DNA of 64,000 nt from the human T2T-CHM13v2.0 reference genome, Homo sapiens. The position numbers and the translations under genes are program-made. Where the stretch lies: assembly GCF_009914755.1 (NCBI RefSeq), contig NC_060935.1. One strand, given 5' to 3'. Within the stretch, counting starts at the first letter, position 1; each line of letters starts with the position of its first letter. Below the pieces are notes generated by a model. The model was not told where the DNA came from. It searched no databases and saw only the letters and a list, made by a program, of their open reading frames with translations. Shown here piece by piece: positions 1 through 14,812 of this stretch.

Positions 1-129
1 AACAAACCTGGCTTTATTAAACTATCAGATGGCCATATTTTTTTCAGAGAAATCTGAACCTGTTGCAAACCTAAGAGATGAACCATAATAGGCTTAAACC
101 AATATTGTGGTGGAGTATTGGGAAGTACA

Positions 130-665
130 AGTCAACAAAAATGCTCCTGTATTCTCCCTCTGAGATGTGGTAATCTGAAAATAACACCTGGCACCACGGC
201 AGCTATCTTGACATCATGAGGTTAGTCAGCCGGAGGAAAAAAGACAGGAGGGCAGAAAAATGGAAGGAAAACAGGCCTTTGATGATGACATACAGACACT
301 GAGTTTACCAATGCTAGAATTTCCCTAGCTTCAAGTAAAGGTTTTTCACACTTGTCACTATGGACATTTTAGAGGAGATAATTTTTTTTTTTTTTTTTTT
401 TATAGAATGCTGACCTGTGCATTGTATGAATACAGGATGCTAATCAGCATCCCTGGCCTCTACCCACTAAATGCTAGTATCATTCTTTCCCTTGGGTGAC
501 AAGCCAAGTATGTCTCCAGACATTGCTAAATGTTTTCTGGCTAGCAAAACATTCCACAAAGCTGATCTTGGCTAAGAACCACTGATTTAGGTTTATCGTT
601 ATATAAGATATGTTTCTTATTTTTTCAGGCATCTTAACTGGATATGTAGCCTAAAGAATCCTAGT
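130..665 (+). mobile_element. Old MaLR LTR fragment (MLT1J/K-like), interrupted by MER20
   Basis: MLT1-like motifs GCAGCTATCTTGACATCATGAGG and a terminal TGTAGCCTAAAGAATCCTA on either side of the MER20; highly diverged. Confidence 0.4.
337..584 (-). mobile_element. MER20 (hAT-Charlie MITE)
   Basis: CAGCATCCCTGGCCTCTACCCACTAAATGC, TGTCTCCAGACATTGCTAAATG and terminal AAGAACCACTG match the reverse complement of MER20. Confidence 0.85.
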
Positions 666-699
666 CAAGAGCATTATGGCATCAACCGTACCTTTTTGT

Positions 700-850
700 T
701 CCATTTTTACCTTTTATTTATTTATTTTTTGTTTGGGTATCTGTTTGCAAAAGCCTTTCTTTCTTTCTTTTTTTCCCTCCCTTCCTTTTTTCCTTTCTTC
801 TTTCCATATTTCTTTCCTTCCTTCATATTTTGTTTCTTTTTTTCATTTGT
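700..850. repeat. T/C-rich low-complexity tract
   Basis: Runs of TTTC/TTCC. Confidence 0.8.
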
Positions 851-2057
851 ATCAGAAAAATCATGAGTCTGGATAAAATAGTTATTAGAGTTAGATTTGA
901 TAAGCTTGAGATGATTATGATTCATGCATTAAATCAGAGAAGTTGGAGTGACAAGGCCACTTATCAACTGATTGTTGAACAGAATGGCAAGAAATGAATT
1001 ACTGCATCTGCTCCTCTTTCTCAGAGGTATTGTCAAGAATAAATCATAGATGCTGATTTTGAATCTCTTGATGAGATATAACAAAATATTCTGCTCACAA
1101 ACAGGCTTGAGTCACTCCAGGCAAAGCAAGGGTGGATGCAGCATGTTGAAGGAAAAAAATACACAAAAATATTGCTTAGAAATCATCCGTGAAAAGTCCT
1201 TACTCTCCCTTACTACCTCTGACAGCATAATATCCTAACCCTTTCATAATGACAGCCATAACCTTTACTTTTGTATACACTTCTGAAAAAGAAATTTGTG
1301 TATCAAATTATAAAAATTAGCATTATCATGAAGTGAATTTACTTGAAATGAGTTAAAGATATGTACTAAAATTGCTATGTTATGTATTTGGGAATATTCT
1401 CTTTCCCTAGAATTCTTCTATGGCAGATATAATGTAGCTATAATTACAGATTGTCAAAATCGAGTTTTGCTTCAATTTAACATAATTAAAACTAGTTCTA
1501 CCAAATTCAGTGTCCTTATTTTTGTAGCAAGAATAACTTAATGTCTTCTTTCTGTAGTTGAAAAACTACAAGCCTAATGGAGCATTTGTGCTTCAGAATT
1601 CAAGTGCCATGTTTGTCAATGATGCATCTATATTCAATGCCAAGGTTTTTATTAGTTATGCTATGACAATTAAATAACAGCTTTACAATTTCAGAGGCAA
1701 GTCATTATCACAATTTAAATGGAATTTCTAAATAATTGAACTCTTAAAAGACGTATATAGCTTTTCAAATACTGTGTATGATTTACCACATGGCAAATTT
1801 TATTATTCAAAGAAACTTCAGATCAACCCTACAACTTCAGTAAATGGTCATCCAACTGGGGTTGCAATGCTTTGTTGCAAAGTGCTTCATTCCATTGGTG
1901 AACAACTCTGATGCAATTCCTTCTTCTTTCCCACCCTCTCTCCTCTCTCCCTCTCTTCCTACTTCCTTCTTTTTTTTTCTTTTCTTTATTCCACAACTTA
2001 TTAAATGCTAAAATGTGGCAAGTTCTGTGTTAGGTCTGTGGATACATTAATCAACAA

Positions 2058-2698
<641 letters not shown>

Positions 2699-4412
2699 AA
2701 CAAGATTCAGTTCTTGACTTCAAGTAGCTCGCAGTCTATATTGAGGTACTGTAAAGTAAGCAGGCAATATAGGATGAAAGTGCCAAGACAAAGATAAGCT
2801 CAGGTAAACTGGATGCAGAAATCAGTAAATACTTACTGGAAACCTATTGGATCTTTTGCACTGTGCTTGGAGCTAGGGGGCTTACAAGACAATTTGTACT
2901 TAAAATAAGGCAAAACTTGCCTCTTTGTCACTTTGTTACATTAGGTTTAGTTCTGCCCTCAAAAAACATGCAGAATGATTCTAGTCTTTTTGCTATGTTC
3001 AAAAGTTTTGTCAAAGAATGGTTTTTCTTATTTTCTTGGCAAGCACTAAAGGGCAAAGCCAGATAGTCTATAATTATTCCCTCGATGAGGGATACATCTT
3101 TAAAATGTTCCTATTATGGGAAAATACAAGGGAAAATTTATTTGGAATTTTCCACCTTTGTTAATTTCAATTGTGAAGACAAAGCACAAAATGTTGTAGT
3201 CCTTCAGTTTCCCAGAAAATGTTCTACAAACAGTGGTATTGTTAAGTCATCCTCAACATTGACATAAAAGTCAGTACTCAGATTAGCATTCCAGATAGCA
3301 CTTGCATTTCAGATGGTAAAAAATGCCAAGGTCCTTAGACAACCAAGGTTATCAAAGATCCATTTTTTCCTGATGGCATACAATAGAGACTTTTGGTTTT
3401 CCTTCATTTTTTCCCCTTTGTAAAAATTTTTCAATGAATAATAGGGAATTTAGAATTTGATGTATAAACTATTAAGTGTGAATTAACTGGATAAACTTTT
3501 TCTTGTGAATCAAGAATTCTATTCCCACTTCTGTCACTAATTTGCCATGTGACCTTGGGAAAGTCACTTCATTATTCCAACTGCCTATTGATAAGATAAA
3601 CCTAATATTCCCTATTACCACTTTCATTTCTAACGTTCTATGATTTTGAAATAATTTTATTGAAGAAGTAGCTAAGAAATGTGAGAATCACACAAAAACT
3701 GTGTCTATAATTCTTATCCACATCCCCCTTCCACCAGTAAATCTAAGAAATCTTGTATTTACCTCGTATAATATTTGATATTAAGTTGATAAGTCAAAGG
3801 GTGAGTGTGGTTCAGACAAAACTTAAAATAATTGAGTATCTCCCAAGCACCAAGCAATATGCTACATCCTTGACATATGTGTGTTCATTCAATCTTGGAA
3901 TCACTAATTGTCTATGCTTTTGTCAAGTTTTTCCAACCCTATCATTATTGTGTTGTTGAATTAGAGGATAGGGACAAATAATTGTTGAGCTATCACTATG
4001 AGCCAAGAAATATTTTAAGCATTTTACAAGCATTGGTGCAGTATTTGGTACATTTTAAAGGTTCACCAAATGTTTCTCAAATAAATTAATTTATAAGTAA
4101 GTTAAAAATGATTTCTCAGTAATTATATCATATGACAACTGTATGATTTCTTGTGTTTGTGGCCTACTATTTTTGCCTTGAACCAGTCTAGTTTTTACTA
4201 GGTTTTATTTGCTTATCTAGGAGAGCGGAGAAATGCCTCATAAAGTGTTTGTTAGGATCAAGTGGGATTTAAAAACAAAAATTTGTTCGATTAATATGAA
4301 ATTAGTATAGACTTACATAGTTACAGTGTATTCTCATACTTAACACGGCTTTATAAATTCCAGAAATTATAGCAATAAAGAAGAATCCAGAGATGGAGGT
4401 TGAGGAGGGTAG

Positions 4413-4804
<392 letters not shown>

Positions 4805-4844
4805 CTCATCATCATCATCATTTCAAACATCAAAGCCAAGTCCT

Positions 4845-5102
4845 GGGGTGGGGCACAGTGGCTCATGACCATAATCCCAGCCCTTTGGGAGGCTGAGGCA
4901 TGTGGATCACCTAAGGTCAGGAGTTCAAGACCAGCCTGGCCAGACTGCACACCTGCAGTCCCAGCTACTCAGGAGGCTGAGGCAGTAGAATTGCTTGTAA
5001 CTGGGAAGTGGAGGTTACAGTGAGCCGAGATCATGTCACTGCACTCCAGCCAGCCTGGGCGACAGAGAGATACGCTGTTTCAAAAAAAAAAAAAAAAAAA
5101 AA
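4845..5102 (+). mobile_element. Alu with an internal deletion of the central A-rich linker
   Basis: Left arm jumps from CAGCCTGGCCA to GCACACCTGCAGTCCCAG; A-tail; TSD AA(G/T)CCAAGTCCT. Confidence 0.92.
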
Positions 5103-5116
5103 TCCAAGTCCTAAAG

Positions 5117-5385
5117 CAGGGTCACAAAATCAAATGCCTACAGGGTCTAAGCAGGTATGAGAACTGAGGTAGGTGAAGGTTACAATCACGTTCAGAAAAT
5201 ATAACTCATTTTAACTGGGCTACCATTACTCACTTCTGATCCTGGCCTTAGAAATTTAGGACCAGCATTACCAGACCTTCCAAATTTTAAAAATAGGTCA
5301 TAAATTCATTTTTTATGATTTTTTTCCATTTTTTTAAATGTCATGCAAACCAAACAAAACAGATTGCACATCGTATCTGGTTTAA
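5117..5385 (+). mobile_element. MER102-like hAT-Charlie element
   Basis: CAGGGGTCACAAAATCAAATGCCTACAGGG start and CCAAACAAAAC near the end. Confidence 0.65.
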
Positions 5386-6244
5386 CATATATTTTCTTAC
5401 ATCAAAACTAAGGTTTTTTGTACTGTTTTTGTCAGCCCCTTTACTGAATGGGTAATCATTGTTCTATATCTTAAGCTTATCCTTTTCCCTAGATATCCCC
5501 ACTATCATTGAAAGCTAAGCCCTCATCATCTTATGCCTGCATTACTGCAGTGGGCTTCTAATTGGTTTCATTGCTTCTTTACCAGATTAATCTTTCTGCA
5601 ATACCACTTTAATCATTTAACTCCCATGTTCAATAATCTATAATGTCACATTAATTCCATATTCTTATGCCTGGCTTTTAGGACTTCCTCTAATTGGATT
5701 CCCTCTTATCCAATCTTTTTTCTTCTACTTTTTTCTAAAGATGTATATTGCATTTTTGTTTTCCCTAAGCCTTTGCTCAGGCAAGTCCCCCAACCTGAAA
5801 TACACTCTGACCTCACCATACCTATCAGACTCCTCCTCTTTTCATGAAGTCTTCCTTGATACCATAGCCCATACTAAATAGGTACTACATTTTCTGAATT
5901 TCTATTTCACATACATTCAGGAGACAATAGTTTAACATTAAAATTTTCTCTAATTGTGTCTCATGTTAGTCTTGAATATCCAATTGGGTTATAATCCCCT
6001 CAAAAACAAAGGCTATATTTTCTTCGTTAGGCATTCCATTGAATCTAGCGTGGTGCTGAGTACCTTAGGCAATCCTCAAAATGTTAACAAGAGTAATATG
6101 GTTAAAAGCACATAGAAGCCTGGATGAGAAATCTTGATTTTGGATGGTGCTTTGTTGTTACATAGATATAGATCTAAATCCAAGATGTGTTATGTAAGGC
6201 TTGTGTACCTTGGGTTCTGATAACCAATTTTCTTATATTAAATG

Positions 6245-6490
6245 ATAATAATAGCTAACACATAGTGAATACTTATTTTTCCAGGTGCTGCTCTAAACAC
6301 TTTATCAGTAATTTTCACAATAACCCACTAGCTAGATAATATTCTTGTTCCTATTTAGTAGCTGAGAAAACTGAGGCAAAGAGAATAAAGTTAAGTAACT
6401 TTCCCAAGATCATGGCTAATATGGGTTAGAAGCATGATTTGAACACAGGCAATCTTTGTTCAGAGTTTACAATTATAATCACAATGCTAT
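6245..6490 (-). mobile_element. MIR
   Basis: Core GAGAAAACTGAGGC...GTTAAGTAACTTTCCCAAGATCA. Confidence 0.8.
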
Positions 6491-7978
6491 GGGAATAGTA
6501 CAGTACCTACCAAAGACAGTTAATACCAAGTGATGGTGATAGTTGTTAGGCAAGTAGTAGCTATTTTAATTTTGGAAAATCACTTCGTTTCTTTGGCATT
6601 TAGTTTTCATTCTACTATACAGACTTCATTGGAGCTATTGGGATACACAAATGAGATAATCCATAAAACTTTAAGTGCACTATATAAATTATGGTTGTTT
6701 TATTAACATTATTATACTATGAATAACTTCTCAACCTTCTCATTTCTAATACATTCTTGAAAATGCTTTAATTTCTTCCTGAACCATTGTAATCAATGCC
6801 AACAAAGTTGATCAGGGCTTTTTACTTGACATCCATTGCTTGCTTGGGAGAATACTGGAAAACTGTATTGGTCTTATAGCATTCTCCACATTTCCAAAGT
6901 TAAGCAGTATCTACCTGAGTTTAGCCTACTTCTGATTGAGACCATTATTAAGGTTATTATAATCTTCAAAATTACAACAAAATTTCCAGTCTCTTCTAGC
7001 TAATACAGTCCTCCTTTCAACATAATAGCATAGTCACAGAAGTAGTTATAAGGGGGAAGAGGTAAGAGATGATGAAGGAAAGCTAGTTACTCTAATTTTG
7101 CCCTTTTCCTAATACATTTTTATCTCATTCTTTGTAATTCAAATTAAGCTATGACTAAAATTTTTGGCAGTTTGTGCCAAATATCCCCAATCCACTATTC
7201 TATATGTTTGCTTCCAAAATTGAGAGAAACAAATGTTGTTCACCTTTCTACCTTTAATTTAGTTTATACAGGGTGTGGCCAGGTGCCAGGTGTATGGGTA
7301 TACTTACTAATTTTATTTTTTAAATGGCTACTCCATATTCCTTTATTTGGATATATTATATTCCAATTAGTACTACATTATTGGATATTTGTTTTCTCTG
7401 ATTTTTGTTAATGTTCATGTTCTCTGCAATCAACAACCATAATACATACATGTTTAAGGACTTTTTTAAATCTATTCTTTTATTTGAGCTATTTATCCTG
7501 AAACTCTCCCTCCACCATCTTCTACCTCCCAACAGGCCCCAGTGTGTGTTGTTCCCCTCCCTGTTTCCGTGTGTTCTCATTTTTCAGCTCCCACTTATAA
7601 GTGAGAATGTGTGATATTTGGTTTTTCATTCCTGCATGAGTTTGCTGAGGATACTGGCTTCCATTTCCATCCATGTGCCTGCAAAGGGCATGATCTCATT
7701 CCCTTTTATGGATGCACAGTATTTCATGGTGTATATGTACTACATTTCTTTATCCAGGCTATCACTGATGGGCATTTGGGTTGATTTCATGTCTTTGCTA
7801 TTGTGAATAGTGCTGCAGTGAACATACATGTGCATGTATCTTTATAACAGAATGATTTATACTCCTTTGGGTATATACCCAGTAATGGAATTGCTGGGTC
7901 AAATGGTATCTCTGGTTCTAGATCTTTGAGGAATCATCACACTGTCTTTCACAATGTTTGAACCAATTTACATTCCCA

Positions 7979-10807
7979 TCAACAGTGAAAAAGCATTCCT
8001 ATTTCCCTGCAACCTCGGCAGCATCTGTGGTTTTTTGCCTTAATAATAGCCATTCTGACTGGTGTGAGATGATATCTCATTATGCTTTGGATTTGCATTT
8101 TTTTAATGATCAGTGATGCTGAGCTTTTTGATTTCATTTGTTTATTGGCTGTATAAATGTCTTCTTTTGCGAAGTGTCTGTTCATGTCCTTTGCCCACTT
8201 TTTAATAGGGTTGTTTGTTTTTCTCTTGTAAATTTGTTTAAGTTCCTTGTAGATTCTGGATATTAGACCTTTGTCAGATGGATAGATTACAAAAATTTTC
8301 TCCCATTCTGTAGGTTTTCTGTTCACTCTTATAATAGTTTCTTTTGCTGTGCAGAAGCTCTTTAGTTTATTAGATCCCAGTTGTCAACTTTTGCTTTTGT
8401 TGCAATTGCTTTAGATGTTTTTGTCATAAAATCTTTGCCCATGCCTAAGTCCTAAATGGTATTGCCTAGATTTTCTGCTAGGGTTTTTACAGTTTGGGAT
8501 TTTACATTATGTCTTTAATCCATCTTGAGTAAATTTTTGTATAATGTGTAAGGAAGGGGTCCAGTTTCAATTGTCTGTATGTGGCTAGCCAGTTCTCTCA
8601 GCACCATTTATTAAATAGGAAATTCTTTTCCTATTGCTTGTTTTTGTTAGGTTTGTCAAAGATCAGATGGTTGTAAATGTATGCAAGTGATTTTTGCACA
8701 TTGATTTTGTATCCTGAGACTTTCTTGAAGTTGCTTATCAGCTTAAGAAGATTTTGGGCTGAGGCAATGGTGTTTTCTGGGTATAGGATTATGTCATCTG
8801 CACACACAGATAATTTGACTTTCTCTCTTCCTATTTGAATACCCTTTATTTCTTTCTCTTGTCTGATTGCCCTGGCCAGAACTTCAAATAGTGTGTTGAA
8901 CAGGAGTGGTGAGAGAGGGCATCCTTGTTTTGTGCCAGTTTTCAAGGGGAATGCTTCCAGCTTTTGCCCATTCGGTATGATATTGGCTATAGGTTTGTCA
9001 TATACGGCTCTTATTATTTTGAGGTATATTCCATCATTACCTAGTTTACTGAGAGTTTTTAACATGAAGCGATGTTGAAATATCAAAGACCCTTTCTGCA
9101 TCTACTGAGATAATCATGTGGGTTTTGTCTTTAGTTCTGTTTATGTGATAAATTACATGTACTGATTCGCGTATGTTGAACCAATGTTGCATCCCAGGAA
9201 TGAAGCCAACTTGATCATGGTGGATAAGTTTTTTGATGTGTTGCTGCTGGATTCAGTTTGCCATTATTTTATTGAGAATTTTTGCATTGATGTTCATCAG
9301 AGATATTGGCCTTAAATTTTCTATTTTTGTTGTGTCTCTGCCAGGTTTTGGTAGCAGGATGATGCTGGCCTCATAAAATGAGTGGGGAGGGGGAGTCCCT
9401 AACTTTTCAATTGTTTGGAATAATTGCAGGAGAAATAGAAACAGCTCCTCTATGTACCTCTGGTATAATTCAGCTGTAAATCTGGCTGGTCCTGGGCTTT
9501 GTTTCGTTTGGTAAGCTATTTATTACTGCCTCAATTTCAGAACTCATTAGTGGTCTATTCAGGGATTCAGTTTCTTCCTGGTTCAGGCTTGGGAGGGTGT
9601 ATGTGTCCAGGAATTTATCTGTTTCTTCTAGATTTTCAAGTTTATTTGCGTAGAGGTGTTTATAGTATTCTCTGATGGCTGTTTGTATTTCTGTGGGGTC
9701 AGTGGTGATAGCCCTTTTATCATTTTTTATTGTGTCTATTTGAGTCTTCTCTTTTCTTCTTTATTAGTCTAGCTAGCTGTCTATCTATTTTATTATTTTT
9801 TCCGGAAAATCAAATCCTGGATTCACTGATTTTTTTTGAAAGGTTTTTTGTGTCTCTATTTCCTTTAGTTCTGCTCTGATCTTGGATATTTCTTGTCTTC
9901 TGCTAGCTTTGGGGTTTGTTTGCTCTTGGTTCTCTCGTACTTTTAGTTGTGATGTTAGGATGTTGAGTTGGGGTCTTTCTAGCTTTTTGATGTGGGCATT
10001 TAGTGCTGCAAATTTCCCTCTTAATACTGCTATAGCTTTATTAAGCAATTCTGTTATATTGTCTCTTTCTTCTCATTAGTTTCAAAGAACTTCTTGATTT
10101 CTGCCTTAATTTCATTATTTACCCAGGAGAAGGTTGTTCAATTTCCATGAAGTTGTGTGGTTTGAGTGAGTTTCTTAACCTTGAGTTCTAATTTGATTGT
10201 TATGATCTCAGATACTGTTCGTTATAATTTCAGAGGGTTTTTTTTTTTTGCATTTGCTGAGGATTGTTTTACTTCCAATTATTTGATTGATTGTAGAGGA
10301 ATTGTCATGTGGATCTGAGAAGAATGTATATTCTGTTGTTTTGGGGTGGAGAGTTCTATGGATATCTATCAGGTCCACTTGATCTAGAGCTGAGTTCAAG
10401 TCCTGAATATCTTTGTTAATTTTCCGTCTCAATAATTGGTCTAATATTGACAGTGGGGTGTTAAAGTCTTCCAGTATTCTTATGTGGGAGTCTAAGTCTC
10501 TTTGTAGGTCTCTAATAACTTGCTTCATGAATCTGGGTGATCCTGTATTGGGTGCATATATATTTAGTATAGTTAGCTCTTCTTATTGAATTGAACCCTT
10601 TACCATTATTAATACCCTTCTTTCTCTCTCTCTCTTTTTTTTATTGTGTGTGTTTGTTGTTTTAAAATCTGTTTTGTCAGAAACTAGGATGGCAAACCTT
10701 GCTTTTTTCTGCTTTCTATTTGCTTGGTAAGTGTTCCTCCATCTCTTTGTTTTGAGCCTATGTGTGTCTTTGCATGTAAGATGGATCTCTTGAATATAGC
10801 ACACCAA
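7979..10807 (-). pseudogene. Disrupted L1 ORF2 (endonuclease/reverse transcriptase) remnant
   Basis: ORF-track fragments 10583-10807, 10208-10528, 9785-10048, 8631-9101 and 7979-8326 are colinear pieces of ORF2p. Confidence 0.9.
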
Positions 10808-11008
10808 TGGGTCTTGTCTCTTTATCCAGTTTGCCTTCTGTGTCTTTTAACTGGGGCCTTTTGCCCATTTACATTTAAAGTTTATATTGTTATGCATGAA
10901 TTGTATCCTGTCATCATGATGCTAACTGGTATATTTTGCAGACTTGTTGATGTAGTTGCTTTATAGTGTCATTGGTCTTGTACTTCAGTGTGTTTTTGTA
11001 GTGGCTGG

Positions 11009-11980
11009 TTACGGTTTTTCCTTTCCATATTTAGTGCCTCCTTCAGGAGCTCTGGTGGTGATGAATTTTCTCAGCATTTGCTTTTCTGAAAATGATTTTA
11101 TTACTCCTTTGCTTATGAAGTTTAGTTTGGATGGATATGAAATTCTGGGTTGGAAATTTTTTTCTTCGAGAATGCTGAATATTGGCCCCCAATCTCTTTT
11201 GGCTTGTAGGGTTTCTGCTAAGAGGTCTGCTGTTAGTCTTACGGGCTTCCCTTTATAGATGAACTGGCGTTTCTCTCTGGCTGCTCTTAACAGTTTTTCC
11301 TTCAATTTGACCTTAGAGAATCAGACAATTATGTGTCTTGAGGTTGACCTCATGGAGGATCTTACTGGGGTTCCCTAGATTTCCTGATTTGAATGTTGGT
11401 CCGTCTTGCTAGTTCTTCTGGATGATATTCTGATGTTTTCCAACTTGGCTCCATTCTTCCTGTCTTTTTCACTACTCCCAATCGTCACAGGTTCTGTCTT
11501 TTTTACATAAGCCCATAGTTCATGGAGGTTTTGTTAGTTCTTTTTCATTCTTTTTTATCTAATCTTGTCTGCCTGTCTTATTTCAGAAAAATAGTTTTCA
11601 TGCTTTGAAATTCATTTCTCTGCTTTGTCTGTTTGGCTATTGATACTTGTGGTTACATTGTGAAGTTCTCCTTTTGTTTCACCTCCTTCAGGTCATTTAG
11701 GTTCCTCTCTAAACTGGTTATTCTGGTTAACAGCTCCTGTAATGTTTTATAATGGTTCTTAGCTTCTTTGCATTGGGTTAGAACATGCTCCTTTAGCTCA
11801 GCAAAGCTCATTATTACTCACCTTCTGAGGGCTTCTTCTGGCAGTTCATCAATCTCAACCTTAGCCTAGCTCTGTGCCCTTGCTGGAGAGGTGTTGAGAT
11901 TATTTGGAAGAGAAGAGGCACTCTGGCTTTTTGAGTTTTCAGCATTTTTTCATTGATTCTTTCTAATCTTCATGAGTTTA
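11009..11980 (-). pseudogene. Disrupted L1 ORF1 remnant
   Basis: 11009-11305 translates to the ORF1p RRM/CTD region; upstream part is degenerate. Confidence 0.85.
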
Positions 11981-13667
11981 TCTAGCTTCAATCTTTGAGG
12001 CTGCAAATCTTTGGACAGGATTTTTGTGGGAACTTTTTTGTTGATACTATTGTTGTTGCTTTGTTTGTTTGTTTTTCTTTTTAACAGTCAAATTCCTCTT
12101 CTGTAGGGCTTCTGCAGTTTGCTGGGGGTCCACACCAGACCCTATTCACCTGCATCCCTCCCACACCTGGAGGTGTTATCAGTGGAGGTTGCAGAAGAGC
12201 AAAGATGGCTGCCTGCTCCTTCCTCTGGAAGGTCTGTCTCAGAGGGGCACCGACCTGATGCCAGCAGGGATGCTCCTGTGTAAGGTCCCCGGTGACCCTA
12301 CTGGGGGATCTCACCTAGTCAGGATGCACAGGATCAGGGGCCCGCTTAACCAAGCATCCTCGCTGCCCCTTGGTGGTGGGGGTGCACTGTGCTGGGGGGA
12401 ATCCCACTGGTCTGGACTGCCTGTATTCCTCAGAGCCAGCAGGGGGAAAGACTAAGTCAAGTCCACTGATTCATGGAGACAACTGCCACCCCTTCCCCAG
12501 GGGCTCTGTCCCAGGGAGATCAGAATTCTGTCCATAAACCCCTGGCTGGAGTTGTAGAAATTCCCTCAGGGAGGCCCCATCCAGTGAAAAGGGATGGATC
12601 TGGTCTGGCCTAAAGATACAGTCTGGCCATGAACTGCCACAGCCACTGTGCTGCACTGCGGGGATTTCCTCCTGGCTCCAAGCCACCCAGGCTCCCTGGA
12701 ACTAGCTGGGGAAAATGACAGACTGGAGCTGCTGTGATGGCTGCTGCCCCTTCCCTGGAAACTCGGTAGCCTTAGGTAGTCTCCAGTAGAGTGCCCACCG
12801 AAAATCTGCACAGCTCTGTGCTTGGGACCCAGGGTCCTGTTGGCATTGGCTCACAAGGGGATCTCCTGATCTGCAGGTGGCACAGATTCATGGAAAAAGT
12901 GTGGTTTCCTGGGTGGGGTAGCACAATCACTCACTGCCTCTCTTGGCTAGGGGTGAGAGCTCGCCTTGCCCCGTGCTGCTCCAGGGTGGGCCCTCATTCC
13001 ACCCTGCTTTTCCTTGCTCTCTGTGCATCACACCAACTTCCTAGTCAGTCCCAATGAGAGAACCTGGATGCCTCAGTTGCCGGTGCAGGATTCACTCGCC
13101 GTTTTCGTTGTTCTTGGGGTGCACCTCCAACCGCAGGTGTTTCTACTTGGCCATCTTGGCCCCTCTGAGTATATTTACTTAATAGGCATAATCTAACTTG
13201 ATTAGCTCTGAAGGAAAAGAACAAAGGAAAGCCACTATGCAGTAATATGGAATAATGCTCTTCTGCATAAATATGAACAATTTCAGTCTCCTCTCAGTTC
13301 ACTAATAATTCTATCATTTAGACTTCAGTATGCTCAATTATAACTACATATTATTCTCTTCCAAAATAGCAGTAGCCTGTTTTTTTAATATAAATAAGTA
13401 ATTATGAGTATGGAGGTTGATGGCATAGAGAGGGCATTCATTAGGTTTTTTTATTAGGTATAATGATAATACCAGTAATGGCCTTATTCTCTTTCTTGTT
13501 TTTCTTCTTATTGACCTTTCTTTTCCCTCCAAGCAATAGTGTTATGAAAAGTGAGTGAGCCGAAGAAGCCTAAACCAACACTGGGAGTTGGATTAGCTCT
13601 TACCTGATAAAATATGTCATCTTGTCTAGAGATATGATGCTTTGGTCTTAGAACTTTTGAAAAGGGG

Positions 13668-14037
13668 TGTGCTTAGTCAGTTTGCACTGCTATAACAAAT
13701 CACCATAAATTAAGTGACTTTAAACAATAGAAATTTATTTCTTAACAGTCTGCAGGTTGGAAATCCAAGACCAGGGTGGAAGCATGGTTGGGTTCTGGTG
13801 AAGACCATCTTCCAGGTTGCAGACTGCCAACTTCTTATTGTACATTGGTATCCTCACATGGCAGAAAGAGAGTGAGAGCTCTGTTGGGTCCCTTATATAC
13901 GGGTATTAATTTCATTCTTGAGGGCTCCACCCTCATCACCTAATATTCTCCCAAAGTCCCCACTGCTAATACCGACACATTGAGTCTTAAGAGTTCAACA
14001 TATAAATTTTGAGAGGAACACAAACATTCAGTTCATT
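13668..14037 (-). mobile_element. MLT1A-type MaLR LTR
   Basis: CTGCTATAACAAA...AGAAATTTATTT...GAGGGCTCCACCCTCAT...CACAAACATTCAG. Confidence 0.85.
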
Positions 14038-14522
14038 TTAGGGAAAAATTCTGGAAAACTAAACCTTTTATTTCATCCTATATTTTCAAAATAGAGGAAA
14101 GTGACAAAGAACTTAATTTATTTTTTGACCAATACCAGTATGAAATAACTAAATCAACATTATGAGATAGCAAAAGGAAAAAGAAAAATCATTCCCAAAG
14201 GGGCCACTATGTTACTCGCTCCTCTCTTACCTACCTAAAGCAGAGGCTCCTGACCAACATCAGGACCCTGCTATGCTAAAAGGAGACTAAATATCTGCCC
14301 AGATGCTAATCCTCATATTCCTCTCCATGGCTAGATGTAGCCTGGGGTGGTCAGAGCTATTCATCTTTTATATAATCATAACCATTAAGTTTACCCAATG
14401 TGCCTATGAATATTTTTATTTCCCACATGTGCCATTATAAGATAAAGGTTAAAAAGCACTGACTGATGTAAATTCTGCCCAAGCCTTCTCCACAAGACAG
14501 ATTGCACTTATCTAGCAATTTA

Positions 14523-14586
14523 TCTCTCTCTCTTTCTCTCTCCCTCTGTGTGAGTGTCTGTGTGTGTGTGTGTGTGTACGTGTGTG
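14523..14586. repeat. Imperfect (CT)n(GT)n microsatellite
   Basis: Direct reading. Confidence 0.9.
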
Positions 14587-14812
14587 TTAGCGTTCACAAT
14601 TACCCTAAACATGTTTGGAGGCGGTGAATCAATATTATACAATTTTACATTTAATACATCACTGTACATATAGTGAGATCTTTATAATAAAATGCTGGTT
14701 GATATAAATCCATTTTATGTCAAAATAAATGAATATGGCATGACACATCACTCCCTCGCCTATCTGAACCAGCATTCAGACAGATCCAGAGAAGGGCATG
14801 ATTTCTACTTTC

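Larger units (their letters stand above)
7487..13165 (-). mobile_element. Near-full-length older primate L1PA (roughly L1PA10-13), inactive
   Basis: 5' end GAGGGGCCAAGATGGCC with YY1 motif; ORF1 remnant (KEKLLRAAREK...RISYPSKLNF); ORF2 endonuclease, RT ([21 protein letters not shown]) and C-terminal fragments; 3' UTR; many stops and frameshifts; extreme 3' end missing. Confidence 0.95.

Noticed and set aside
3110-3119. Perfect CArG box CCTATTATGG (and a MEF2-like TTAAAAATAG at 5287)
   Set aside because: Several such 10-mers are expected by chance in 64 kb of AT-rich DNA; no clustering
7979-11305. Reverse-transcriptase, endonuclease and ORF1 fragments as a novel RT system
   Set aside because: Ordinary decayed LINE-1
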